Source: Rhizophagus irregularis (taxonomy: Eukaryota). Taken from it: a stretch of DNA of 64,000 bases. The notes below the pieces were generated by a model, which was given only the letters and a program-made list of their open reading frames with translations, was not told the DNA's origin and made no database searches. The stretch is taken from positions 4,526,001 through 4,590,000 of the forward strand of contig NC_089435.1 in the NCBI RefSeq assembly GCF_026210795.1, read 5' to 3'. Shown piece by piece: positions 11,788 to 24,900 of this stretch (positions are counted from its first letter, which is position 1; every line of letters begins with the position of its first letter). Both the position numbers and the translations under genes were made by a program.

Positions 11788-14184
11788 TTGTTAGGTGTTC
11801 CTGTTTCTAAATAATAATTTACCTCAAGAATTAAGAGTAAAAAAAGAAAATTTAATGGTAACTTTAATAATCCCGAGGCTAAAACAACCTCAAGATTTTA
11901 ATTCATTTCTCTATCCATTAATTCAAGAAATGAAATCCTTACAAGGTATATTTTAAATAAATGGTACGTAATAAATGTAATATTTATTAATAATATTTTT
12001 AATATTTACAGATGGAATCTCTTGTTACGATGGTAACAAAGAGGAACAGTTTACTCTACGTGCTTACATTCTGGCTTGGACTGGCGATATCCCTGCCCTT
12101 TCAAAGGTTCTATGTTTAACAGGACATAATTCATACTCAGGTTGCAGATTTTGTAATCTTCGAGGGACTTTAAATGAAACGAATAGACATGTGTATTATC
12201 CATTGCAACAAAATATTAATCCTAAACGATTACCAATTCGAACACATGATGAAATACTGAATAGCACAAATCAAATAGAACGTCTGGAGAGAGATCGTAA
12301 AGAAACTTATATACGTGACTGCAGTTGGTCCAATATTTTAAAATAAAAATAAATTCTTAGTAATTAATATTAATATATTTTCTCAATTTTAAAAATTTTT
12401 TGTTTAATAAAAAAAATTAGGAATTAAAGGAAAGAGTATTTTATTTGAGTTATCTTCTATAAATTTTACACGTTCATTTCCAGTAGATATAATGCACCTT
12501 TTTTTCGAAAATGTTGCACCCCATATGTTTCGACATTGGATAGGAAAATTCTATCCAAAAAATAATGAATGGAACTCAAATGAATATACAATAAGTTCTA
12601 AAACATGGGTTGAAATTGGTGAAATCATGGAACGAAGTAGATCTCATATGCCACCTGATATTAGACCTCCTCCACGCAATATCGTTAAATATTAAGCTGG
12701 GTTTAAAGCTGTAGAGTGGGTTAATTGGATCATTTTATTCTCTTTACCATTACTAAAAGGGCGATTGCCGCAAAGGTAATAAAAAAAATCAAATTGTTGG
12801 CAGATAAAATAATAAAAAGTCTGCTGATAACATTATTTAACTTAAAATAATAGTAACCTCTTAGGATGGTCAAGATTTGTTGAAGCTGTCAAGTTATGCA
12901 TTCAACCTCTAATAGAATTTGAAGAGCTAGATTTAATTCGAAATTTATTAATAGAATTTTACAATCATTATGCAAAGTAATTTTCTTATGAAATTTATAT
13001 ATGCCTTTTTCTTTAAACGATATTTTTATTGATCGCGTGAATTTTTTTGTGCAATAGTTCATATGGCATTGGAGGAGAAAGATTACCGGCATTTTTAATT
13101 TCTTTTCATTATTTATTACATGTAATAGATTCGATTGAAGACTTTAGCCCTTGTCGTGGATTTTGGCAGTTTTCGATGGAGAGGTTTTGTGGAATGTTAA
13201 TTCCACTTGTTAGCTCTTGAAAACTACCATATGTGAATTTGTTTAATAATGTGTTGATGCAAGAAAGATTTAAGTATCTGCAACTTTTACCAATATATAA
13301 TGAAAAAGTTTTTTCCAATTTTAAAGAAAAAGAAAAAAAAACATGGCCGGTGCATAGAGTATATTCTAATGAATTATATGTTCACGAATATGAATTTTAT
13401 TCACCATTTGTTAATTGTATATTAACAAAAAATGAAGTCATAAAGTTAAAGCAATGTTATGCAGCTATATTTCAAAAGAATACTAGCGAAATTACAGTGA
13501 TTTTATATTATAACTCACATAATAATATGTATAAGAATATTCTTTTTTAAAAAAAATAATATATAATTTTTTTTATATAGAACATTAAAGAAAACTATGC
13601 TAAGTATGGAAAACTTCGTACAAAGGATGGTAACATTATATCATCTAAGTGGTGGAAAAAAGAAAATGATAGTAGTCGAAATGATTTTTGCGTCGCTGTA
13701 AGAAATAAATATATTAATTATTATTATTGTTTCATTATATATTCAAAATTCAAAATATTAATAAGATAATTTTATTATATAGATTAATTTAACTGTTGAC
13801 TTACAAGAAAGAAATTACCGTGCTCCTCTAAATTTGAGAGAAGAAGAAATTTTTGGACAAATTGAATATTTTATGGTTCATGAATTTCAAAATCAAGAAG
13901 CGAATGTTTGCATATATTCGAAAAATCAAAAAATTAGAGAAAAATAGTAGTGTGAATTTAAAATTTTTTGATAGTTTTGGTCCTTTACAATATGTGGAAG
14001 TAATTGGTATTGATAGAAATGTCAGATTTTTTGAAGTACTCCTTGAAAAAAAAATATTATTATATAATAGATAAATATGAAAATTGGTAATAAAAATCTT
14101 TACCTTGAAAATTCATATTATTAATTCTCTAATAAATAAGAAATATTTGCTTAAATTTTTTTTTCTTTGAATTTACATAAATAA

Positions 14185-14700
14185 GAAATTCTCGCAAATT
14201 TTTCTTAGTGATCGTGATTTTAGTTTACTAATCGGTCTTTAAACTTTAAAAATAAGCAGTATCAAGAAAAATTCGCGAGAATTTTTCTTGAAATCGTGAT
14301 TTCAGTTTGCTAATCGGTCTTTAAACTTTAAAATAAGCAGCATCAAGAAAAATTCACGAGAATTTTTCTTAAAAAATCGTGATTTCAATTTATTTAAACT
14401 TTAAAAATAAGCGGTATCAAGAAAAATTCGCGAGAATTTTTCTTGAAATCGTGATTTCAGTTTGCTAATCGGTCTTTAAACTTTAAAATAAGCGAGCATG
14501 AAAAATTCATGAGAATTTTTCTTAAAAAATCGTGATTTCAATTTATTTAAACTTTAAAAATAAGCGGTATCAAGAAAAATTCGCGAGAATTTTTCTTGAA
14601 ATCGTGATTTCAGTTTGCTAATCGGTCTTTAAACTTTAAAATAAGCAGTATCAAGAAAAATTCGCGAGAATTTTTCTAGAAATTGTGATTTTTAGTTTAC
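14185..14700 (-). repeat. right subterminal repeat array, inverted relative to 7280..7825
   Basis: AAATAAGCGGTATCAAGAAAAATTCGCGAGAATTTTTCTTGAAATCGTGATTTC repeats; degenerate copies continue to ~15110. Confidence 0.9.
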
Positions 14701-15939
14701 CGTATACGGAATTTATTTTTATTTTTTTTTTTTACCGTATACGGAATTTAATACGGAATTTATAAAAACGTATATCAAATATATATAAAACGTATCATTT
14801 CCATATACAGATTTCTTATAGTTTGAACTTAAAATAAAAATTCAACGATATTAAGGAAAATACTCGCGAATTTTTCTTAAATTAAGCAGTAGATCGGTTG
14901 AACCTTAAAAAATAAGCGGTATTAAGGAAAATTCTCGCGAATTTTTCTTAAATTAAGCAGTAGATGTAGATCGGACTTTGAACATTAAAATTAAGCAGTA
15001 TTTTGCGCTTTAAAGATTAAATACTATTAAGAAAATTTCGCGCGAATTTTTATTGATGATCGTAATTTAAATTGGACGTTAAAAATAAGCAGTAATAAGA
15101 AAATTTTACTAATCAGGGTTTGTACTTTAAAAAAAATTTATTAAGGAAATTGTCCTGAATTTTATTAATGAATGCGATGTGGTATATGACGAAAGATCAT
15201 ATTCATGCCTTCCGAGCGTGTTTTTTCTTTAAAATATTTTTCGGTGACATATTGTATCTGTTTAAATATTATGGAATTGAATTTTTTACCATTTTTATAT
15301 TGGCGTTCATGTAACAAGAAGGGTTCAAGTTGATTCGAAAAATCTTCCTGATTTAAAATACTATGCGATAGTCTATTCTATCATTTCACTTGATTTGGCG
15401 TTCGTTCGATATCAAATCGCAATTTGGAATATTCTTTATAATATACCCATTTTGGTGAGTGTCACTGAGTGATCGTAAGTAATATTAGCAGGATTTTCCA
15501 TAACTTTCATTTTTTCTGTATGGTATTTTCGTAGTGTGACTTTATAACTGACATCTAACCTACTGGAGTGTATTCTTTTAAGTTGGGCGTGGGGTCTACC
15601 GTATGTAGGGTTGACAACGCCGTATCTAGTATAAAGTTGTAAAGTTAATAAAAACAATAAAAACAAATACAATATCCAGTACAACTATAGAAAATACGTT
15701 ATAAACGTATGAATTTAATATAGTATACACAGTCTTTAGAATAATACATTATATACGTATGGATTAAATATACCGTATCCTTCATTTATAATATTTTTTG
15801 CGAACAGTATACAAAATACTGATATACAGTAGAAATAGTATACGTTTCAAACGTATGAATTTAGATACCGTATCACACAGTATATTTACCGTATACTTTA
15901 TTGTATTTTTTGCTAAACACATTTTGCGAACAGTATACA

Positions 15940-16431
15940 TTATACTGTTATACAGTATATAAAAATACGAACCGTATCAAAGATACATGTATACAGTGTA
16001 AAAACCGTATGCATATTTTTTATAGGGTAGGCATTATACAAACAGGAGCCTTTTTCATTCAGAAAGAGGAATGAATAGATTGGGAGATCATCCAAAGAAC
16101 CTATGATATCTGACATATCTCTAGGTGGTGATAGGAAAATTTCCTGAATGGTATTTAGCAAGTCCTTGGAAGAAAAATTATCATTAAACTTTTCCTGCCT
16201 TAAAGAGTACTGAAATGATGGGATCGTGGTAATGCTGGTTGAGGCGCAGGTAGCTTCTTCATTATCTGACCCATAATTAGACTCATAGTCATTATAACCA
16301 TCTGACCTTAAGTCAGATCTATTATCAGTACAACTGCTCAAATCACTTAAATATTCATCGGGGCCGGCACCGTCATAGCGGGTGAGAGTTTCAGTGTGAT
16401 CAGTTTGGTCAAAATTAGTTGGTGTATGCAT
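15940..16431 (-). CDS. hypothetical acidic Ser/Asp-rich protein
   Basis: 163-aa ATG-initiated ORF with coding-like composition; no domain recognised. Confidence 0.35.
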   Translation of the reverse strand: MHTPTNFDQTDHTETLTRYDGAGPDEYLSDLSSCTDNRSDLRSDGYNDYESNYGSDNEEATCASTSITTIPSFQYSLRQEKFNDNFSSKDLLNTIQEIFLSPPRDMSDIIGSLDDLPIYSFLFLNEKGSCLYNAYPIKNMHTVFTLYTCIFDTVRIFIYCITV

Positions 16432-16938
16432 GTTGTTAGTTTGAAAATGTTTATATTACTTTATAAAATTCGGAAATGTTTAATTATTTTTTTTCGATAA
16501 ATACAAAAAGAAATGATAGCGAACTTAGTAGGAAAAATGTAAAAGAAAGACATCCAGATATATCTGTAAAAATGAAGCTTTCTGCAGAATTATATTATAT
16601 AAAAATGGCAGAAGGCTTCATTTTTAGATAAGTACTCGGGTATGATATAGCCTTCGCGTAATATAGAGGCATACCAAAAAGAGATACGAAGTTGGCACCT
16701 CCAATTCTCTAACCAAATGATCCACTAGCCCAAACCCCAAATGCCACTCAAATATTCCTCAAATATCCCTTAAAAGTTGCGGAAAGGGAAGACTAGAGCC
16801 TGGCCACGTGATATCAAAAATTTAGGCGCAGTAAGTTAACGATAATTTTGGCAAGATTTTTGGATACAATAATTCAGCATTCATGGTAGGTGAACTAATA
16901 GAATATCCCTGAATTGATACTGTGCTGGATGTCATCTG

Positions 16939-17155
16939 ACACCGAGCCCTCTGGGATCACTATCATATGATTCTCCTAACAATATGTGTATGGAGTATCA
17001 CTTGACACAGAGCCCTTTGGGATTACTATCATATGATTCTTCTAACAATATATGCGTAGAGTATCACAAAAACTTTAGGCGCAATAAATTAACAATATAT
17101 GCATAAGTCACTGAGCCCTCTGGGACTACTATCATATGACACTCCTAACAATATA
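16939..17155. repeat. three ~45-65 bp direct repeats
   Basis: GAGCCCTCTGGGA(T/C)(C/T)ACTATCATATGA(TT/CA)CTCCTAACAATAT three times. Confidence 0.8.
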
Positions 17156-18040
17156 CATATCTACTCGCGACACCCATTTTAGAAAAAAAAAATGATGTGT
17201 AGTAAATTTTGATTAATTTTGGCCAGCACTATTTCATAATTTCAGCCAGAACTTTAGGTAATATTTCGGCATCCAAGCTGGCATAAAAGTGAACTGGAAC
17301 TGGCAAACTAATAGAGCACTCACAGTTTTGCCAGTTCCACTGACAGTTCTACGGTAGCTACCAGGTCGCTATCAGGTCACTACTACGCCAAGCCGTTAGG
17401 CTGGATCCTCAAATCACATGCCCAAAAGATCGGCTGGAATTATGACATAGTGTCCAGCCAAAATTAATCGCAGATTTACATCGAAATACTGCGCCACTCG
17501 ACACCATATTTTTTTACCACATTTCAGCATCTAGAAAGGCAACCAAATAGGCACAAAGAAACGGTAAGTACTTCAATATAGAATTTGACATTCAATCAGA
17601 CGTGAAAGGTCGTATCAACAATATATAACTTAAATTACAAATAGAGTAGAAACAGGAAGAAAAGAGAGGTACCTAGGTTAAAGTGTGGGGGTATTTAGAT
17701 TATAACGTGGTAATAAAATCATACATAAGAGAAAAATACAGATATCAAGAAAGGTATAAAAATATAGCTAGAATGTGAATAAAGATAGCATCAAAATAAA
17801 AGGGGTAGATTATAGTGTAGTAGCCAGATTATGTATTCAGATTAAAGCGTGGTAATTAGGTCATAGTAATTAGATTATAGCATGATATTTAGGTTATAGT
17901 GTGGTATCTAGAATATAACGTGGTATTCAGATTATAATATGATATTTAAATTATAGTGTGGTACTATAACCTAATCCAAGTGGGATACCACGCTATAATA
18001 TAATTATATTATAGCGTGGTATCCCACTCAAGTCTGTCAG

Positions 18041-19957
18041 TAGAGCTCCGAATGGGTCAAGTCAGGTCAGGTTAATTGATAAACCTGACCTGAAATTTTT
18101 TTTCAGGTCAGGTCAGGTCAGGTTATATCAGGTTGTCTGTTTGACCTGACCTGACCTGAAACCTGAAAAATTTTCAGGACTATTTTTATTAAAGTATTAA
18201 AAAAAAACGGTCAAAACTTTTTTTTTAATATAATATTATGAAAAAAAACGTTTTTGCAACGTTTTTTATTAAAATATTGAAAAAAAATATTGCAAAACAT
18301 TTTTTTTAAATGTTTTCGCTAGAGCTCCGAACAGGTCAGCCAAATTCAGGTAACCTGACCTGACCTGACCTGAAATTCAGGTCAGGTATGAAATTTTTAA
18401 AAAAAATTCAGGTCAGGTATGAAGATTGACCTGACCTGATTGACCTGTTGACCTGAAACTATTGATTCTACTATATAATAAAAGTGAGTTGCAGTATTGC
18501 GATTCACTTTTTTATATTGATTTTATATAATAAAAGTGAGTTGCAGTATTGTGATTCACTTTTTTATATAGAATATATATAAAAAAGTGAATCGCAATAC
18601 CGCAACTCACTTTTTTTATATAGAATCTATATAAAAAAGTGAATCGCAATACCGCAACTCACTTTTTTTATATAGAATCTATATAAAAAAGTGAATCGCA
18701 ATACCGCAACTCACTTTTTTTATATAGAATCTATATAAAAAAGTGAATCGCAATACCGCAACTCACTTTTTTTATACAAAATCAATATAAAAAAGTGAAT
18801 TGCAGTATTTGGATTCACTTTTTTATATGATTTTAATATAAAAATGTTGAATCGCAATATTTCGAGAAAAAACGTTGCGAAAACGTTTTTTCATAATATT
18901 ATATTAAAAAAATGTTTCGTAACGTTTTTTTTTGATATTTCAATAATAACGTTGCGAAAACATTTTTTTCATAATGTTATATTAAAAAAAACGGTTTGCA
19001 ATATTTTTTTCAATATTTTAATAAAAAACGTTGCAAAAATGTTTTTTTTCATAATATTATATTAAAAAAAAAAGTTTTGTACTATTTTTTTTCAATACTT
19101 TAATAAAAATAGTCCTGAAATTTTTCAGGTTTCAGGTCAGGTCAGGTCAAACAGACAACCTGATATAACCTGACTTGACCTGACCTGAAAAAAAATTTCA
19201 GGTCAGGTTTATCAATTAACCTGACCTGACCTGACCCATTCGGAGCTCTAGTTTTCGCAACGTTATTATTGAAATATCAAAAAAAAAAACGTTACGAAAC
19301 ATTTTTTTAATATAATATTATGAAAAAACGTTTTTGCAACGTTTTTTCTCGAAATATTGCGATTCAACATTTTTATATAAAAAAGTGAATCCCAATACTG
19401 CAATTCACTTTTTTATATTGATTTTGTATAAAAAAAGTGAGTTGCGGTATTGCGATTCACTTTTTTATATAGATTCTATATAAAAAAAGTGAGTTGCGGT
19501 ATTGCGATTCACTTTTTTTATATAGAATTAATATAAAAACGTGAATCGCAATATCGCAACTCACTTTTATTATATAAAATCAATATAAAAAAGTGAATCG
19601 CAATACCGCAACTCACTTTTATTATATAAAATCAATATAAAAAAGTGAATCGCAATACCGCAACTCACTTTTTTTATATAGAATCTATATAAAAAAGTGA
19701 ATCGCAATACCGCAACTCACTTTTTTTATATAGAATCTATATAAAAAAGTGAATCGCAATACCGCAACTCACTTTTATTATATAAAATCAATATAAAAAA
19801 GTGAATCGCAATACTGCAACTCACTTTTATTATATAGTAAAATCAATAGTTTCAGGTCATCAGGTCAATCAGGTCAGGTCAATCTTCATACCTGACCTGA
19901 ATTTCAGGTCAGGTCAGGTCAGGTTACCTGAATTTGGCTGACCTGTTCGGAGCTCTA
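18041..19957. mobile_element. hAT-type MITE, family C, outer copy
   Basis: termini TAGAGCTCCGAA...TTCGGAGCTCTA; ACCTG/CAGGT pentamer arrays; internal ~52-54 bp AAGTGAATCGCAATACCGCAACTCACTT repeats; flanks AGTCTGTCAG / AGTCTGTG give only an imperfect TSD. Confidence 0.85.
18320..19250. mobile_element. family C MITE nested in opposite orientation inside the outer copy
   Basis: same TIR; perfect 8-bp TSD GTTTTCGC at 18312-19 and 19251-58. Confidence 0.93.
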
Positions 19958-20278
19958 AGTCTGTGATCTAGTATCACTTGATTTTTGTTTCTTACTAGAT
20001 TTAGTGGTTGATGTTATAGTACTACCATTCTCTGAATTTTCATTACTTGTTAACATCATTAAGACATTGATTTTTGTTTCAGAATCAATCTTGTTACAAT
20101 CATAAGCAAGATGTCTTTTAAGTTTTGCCACTTTAGCTGTGATCCAATAAAATTCACAAAATGAACAAGTTGCTGAGTAGTATCCTTTAGAATTAGGTAC
20201 AGGGTCTCCTTTTATAATCCATTCCTATATTTTACTAATAAGTTGTCCACCTATTTTCTTTAAAGAATTGGATGACAT
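19958..20278 (-). pseudogene. BED zinc-finger N-terminal remnant of a hAT transposase
   Basis: own translation MSSNSLKKIGG...W...YYSATCSFCEFYWITAKVAKLKRHLAYDC with an internal stop; truncated at the MITE. Confidence 0.6.
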
Positions 20279-21295
20279 TTTATATTTCTATTTTCTAACA
20301 TTTAAGATTTTAGGGTAAAGATGGTCATCAGTCCTACTGGTCCTACTCGGACCTGAACCAGTCGGTCCTAGGACTTGTAAGACCAGATCGCGGTCTTTCA
20401 TTTTTACTTGGCACAGTAGAACCAGTCCTAAAACTGACCCGGTCTTTGTATCAGTCTTTATATATATAAGTGATTTTTATAATAATAACGTTATTAAAGA
20501 TATAGCGTATCAAGGTGAACTGTTGTTAGAAGAATTATGCGAAGCGCCTCTTAGCTTATTTAGAGTCTACTTCTGTTCCACTTTCATGATTCTATCTCTA
20601 AACTCAGATTCCAACTCCTCAATTCTGGCCTTGAGTTTGGCTTTTTCAGCATCATGCATCTCATTATATTTCCCATTCGACTCTTAGAACCTCAGCATTC
20701 CTGCGCTTAAGTTTAGCTATTTCAGCATTAGACACTGAGAGCTTGTTTCTAAGATAGGGATCTCAGTATTCTTTTTTCTAAGCTTTGTATTCTTAGCCTC
20801 AAGTTCAGTGATACGCTCACTGGTCGAATAAAGAAGCATCGGTATATGAAACATCAAATAAATATCAGATCATATCAGAAAATTGAAAATTTTCTGATAT
20901 TTCTTAAACATTTAAGGCAAGAATCGATATACTCATTAAGTATGATATTACATTACATAAAATCTGATATTTGTAATATTCATAATACAAAAAAATCAGG
21001 TTTTTTGTGAAAAGCTATCATTTAGCCGATATGTCTTTGATATAGTATATGCACAATTGGAAAGCTTTCATAGGTCTATCAATTTTTTGTTTTGTTTAAA
21101 TATATCAAATATATCTGTATATTTTTTTTTATGCGAAAAATAATTATTTAAAAATTTTTTTCTTTTCATGTGAAAAAAAATAATTATTAGTATATTTGTA
21201 AAACAATAAATAAAATTAGCCAGTATAATTTTGTAAAACAATAAAAAATTGCATCATTATTGTTTAATTTTTTTTTTCTTTTCGTGAGAAAAAAA

Positions 21296-21937
21296 TAGAA
21301 TTTCGAACAGGTTGACCAAATTCAGGTAACCTGACAGGTTGACCTGAATTTTTCAGGTCAGGTTTAGCAATTGCAATTCAGCATCAGTTTAGGTTGTAAG
21401 TATAACCTGAATGACCTGTTGACCTGAAACTATGATTTTATATAATAAGTGAGTTATGGTATTATAATTCACTTTTTATATTGATTTTATATAATAAAAG
21501 TGAATTGCGATATTGGGATTCACTTTTTTATATTGATTTTATATATAAAAAGTGAACTGCGGCATCAGAATTCACTTTTTTATATCGATTATATATATAA
21601 AAGTGAATTGCGGTATCGGAATTCACTTTTTTATATCGATTTTATATATAAAAAGTGAATTTCGGTATCGGAATTCGCTTTTTTATATTGATTTTGTATT
21701 TAAAAAGTTAGTTGCGGTATTGCGATTCACCTTTTTTTATGATTTTAATATAAAAAACTGAATCGCAATATTTCAGAAAAAATGTTTTGCACCATTTTTT
21801 TTGATATTTTAATATAAATCCTGAAAAATTTTCAGGTTTCAGTTCAGGTCAGGTCAAACAGATAATCTGATATAACCTGACCTGAAAAAAAATTTCAGGT
21901 CAGGTTTATCACCTGACCTGACCCATTCGGAACTCTA
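21296..21937. mobile_element. diverged family C MITE
   Basis: TAGAATTTCGAACAGG...CCCATTCGGAACTCTA; same internal repeats. Confidence 0.8.
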
Positions 21938-24900
21938 GTATATATTACTTTGCGAAAGGATTAGAGAAGAGTTTTCCAATTGTTAAATAAATTATTTTTT
22001 ATTCGTTTTTATCTTTAAAACAATTTCGTTTTGATTGTATCATCTTGAATTTACGAGATAGTATGTTACGTGTATATATATATTTCTCAGACGACTAGAC
22101 GTGTAGTCGTGTACAGTATCAGTCGTCAATTTTGTCAATAGGTAAACATTCTTTGATTAAATCTATGCATCATAGTATTAAACGTATTCTAATGAAGCAT
22201 CCTTGGAATATAATTTTGCAATTAAGCATTAAATTTTTTTGGGATGGGAGAATAGAGATATCGGTCGAAGACCGATAACCCCCATCTGCGGTGACCAATA
22301 GAAATTAATGTTACTAATTACAGATTTCAATATTGGATATCATAAAATTTCAGTCCGCATCGACTGAACATATTACAGGTTACAGTACAAGTCAAATAAT
22401 TTATTAATTTATTAAAGGATAATTTTTATTTTTTTATGCTTGTGATCATAATTGGAGATTATTTACGTAGATCAAAAGATTTACAAAACCAATAAAATTT
22501 TTAAATTATATTTGGTACACCTTAAAATTAATTAAAATTAATTAATTAATATATAATACTATTCCCATGAATCAGAAATATTGATCCAATGATCCAATGA
22601 ATCGGAAATATTGCGAAATATAATAACTATTTGAAACCAATAAATACAAATATTTTTTTTCATGTCCTTTGTTCTAATCTAAAAATTGATTCAACTCTTT
22701 CTAAAATGTCCCGTTTGAAAGTCAGACTCACGTATAATAAATATCTTTAAAAAGTTAATTCATAGTAATGTTACAACACATAAAAATATTAATTTCTAAT
22801 AACAAAAAAAATATATATATTAAAAAAAAATTCTTTCTCTTAAAAAAAAACTTAAACTTCTTTTTTGGCGCTCGATCTATATTATAATTCGTGCCTACAT
22901 TTGGTACCACATAATAATTTGTAAAATTATAAACATAAACGGTAAAAATGATCGATAAAATAAAAAAGGTATTAAATCATTTTTAACCTAATATGGTTTT
23001 TTTGTTTGACGCATGTTATTTAATTCAATCATTGCATATGCACGACCAAATTTTACGTAAAGTATATTGATTTGCGTAAAGCCGTATATTGATTTTATGT
23101 AAAGTAAAAAATCGGTAATTATAACATAAGTTATCAATTATTAAAGATGAATTTTATTAACCTGCATACGGTTATTACGGTATATCTTTAATAACAGATA
23201 AATTATGTCCTTTGTTCTAATTTTATAATTGATTAACTTTTTCTTAATGACCGATCGAATTTCAATCAAAGTCTTTATTTAAAAAAAAAAATGTCAGATA
23301 GAAACAAATAATTACAATAATTCATCCTAATTATAGGAAACAAAAGACTTTTTGATGATAATATATATTTAAGTCGGATCATTAACTCTGAAACGAATGC
23401 GTCATCAACATGATAAAAGAATATTCTTAAAACTTCAAACCTCGTTCGTATACGTGATGTTATAATATAATATCTTCAATGTCTTGTGAATGTAATTCAC
23501 CCAAGACTCCCAATGTTCGGCGATATGTTCATTCGGCAAATTATCCATTTGGCGAAATGTCCATTCGAAATGGTAGTTTCGGCGAAACGTACTTTTCGGT
23601 GAAATTAATCATGTCGAACGTTTGATTGCATGTGAGAATCAAAAATTAAACCTAATTTAACATTTTACACGGCATAAATTTATTAAACTGTGAAACCCGG
23701 CAATAAACAAATGTCATGATAAAGAAATGTATACATGTATATTGATGTATATTGTTCTCAATTACTTAAAATGATATCCTGAGTACAATCTTTACCAAAA
23801 ATAAATCATCTGAAACTGAAATTTTATCAAAAAAAATAACTAAAAAAAAAACCACAATTACTAAGGAACAAAGATTCATGAATATTCGGATTTTCAATAT
23901 TTTAAAAAAATTGATGATCTTCATGAACACAAACTTTGTTTATTTTTTCTTTTACAAAGAATATATTTATTAAAACTTTGTAATCTAAATTTAAACCTTT
24001 TGACCTAAATTGCTTACGTAAAACTGATCTTTGTCTTTTTTGACTAGTTTATGTATTTATAATTCTTATGGCGTGATTGATTCATGTGAATTTAGTTTCA
24101 TCACGTGAGATTAAGCAAAATATTTATCATTAAAGATCATCTTGACCCAAATGTGGTTTTCGTCGCGCTGTATCCGGAATTTTTTAAAGTAATTTACATT
24201 TTATAATACGTTGCATACATAAATACCAGTAATGTTTCCAGGTTACAGATTTATTTACAATTATATGGATAATCAGATATATTATCGCAATTATCTCTTT
24301 ATTTTCTATATACAGGACGAATATTTTTAGAAATTGTATGACAATTTCGTTTTTACTTAAAGATTGAAACGATTAAATCACCTTTTTAACTATTAATATC
24401 AATAATGCATTATCTGAAACGAAATATGAGTATATGACATCAATACATCAATATCAATCATTAATTGTTATTAATAACGAAAAACGCTCGTTCTTTGACA
24501 AAGAGATAAAGAATAATTTATAAATTTTGTAACTTAATTATAAATACATTTACGAAAATAATTAATAAAAATATTATGATAAAAATATATTTCACGTAAT
24601 TAATTCATTGTTATATCTCATGTTTCACAAAATCAATTTCAGATAAAAAATTTTTGTCAATTATTTCTTTAATAAAGAAACTTGGTGAGCATGAAATCAC
24701 GTTAATTGGTTTTTTACATTTTCATTGATGTCTTTAAAGTTGTTCATTGTACTTTTTTTCTTCATTGCTTATTAGTTCTGACTAACTATTTTGAATCTAA
24801 CAATTGATCATCGTGTTACTTTATTTTTAACGACACACTTTTTTAATAATAAATTACAAGTTACACAATTAATTTTGGTTCTTTGTCTGGAATTATTTTT

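Larger units (their letters stand above)
9552..14090 (+). pseudogene. CACTA/EnSpm (Transposase_21/tnp2-like) transposase, intron-containing, with stops and two MITE insertions
   Basis: YDMCVNSCCAF..CKFCKEDRY; IFDGQIY; CDGYQIF; NNLPQELR..KENL; QDFNSFLYPL; GDIPALSK..GHNSYSGCRFC; DIMHLFFEN; FKAVEW; HYLLH..WQFSMERFCG. Premature stops near 9867, 12693 and 13218. Confidence 0.88.
7280..14700 (+). mobile_element. decayed CACTA/EnSpm DNA transposon (true termini not located; coordinates are the subterminal arrays)
   Basis: tnp2-type transposase flanked by mutually inverted subterminal repeat arrays. Confidence 0.7.

Noticed and set aside
20530..20830. coiled-coil-like minus-strand fragment
   Set aside because: Multiple stops; no assignable product.
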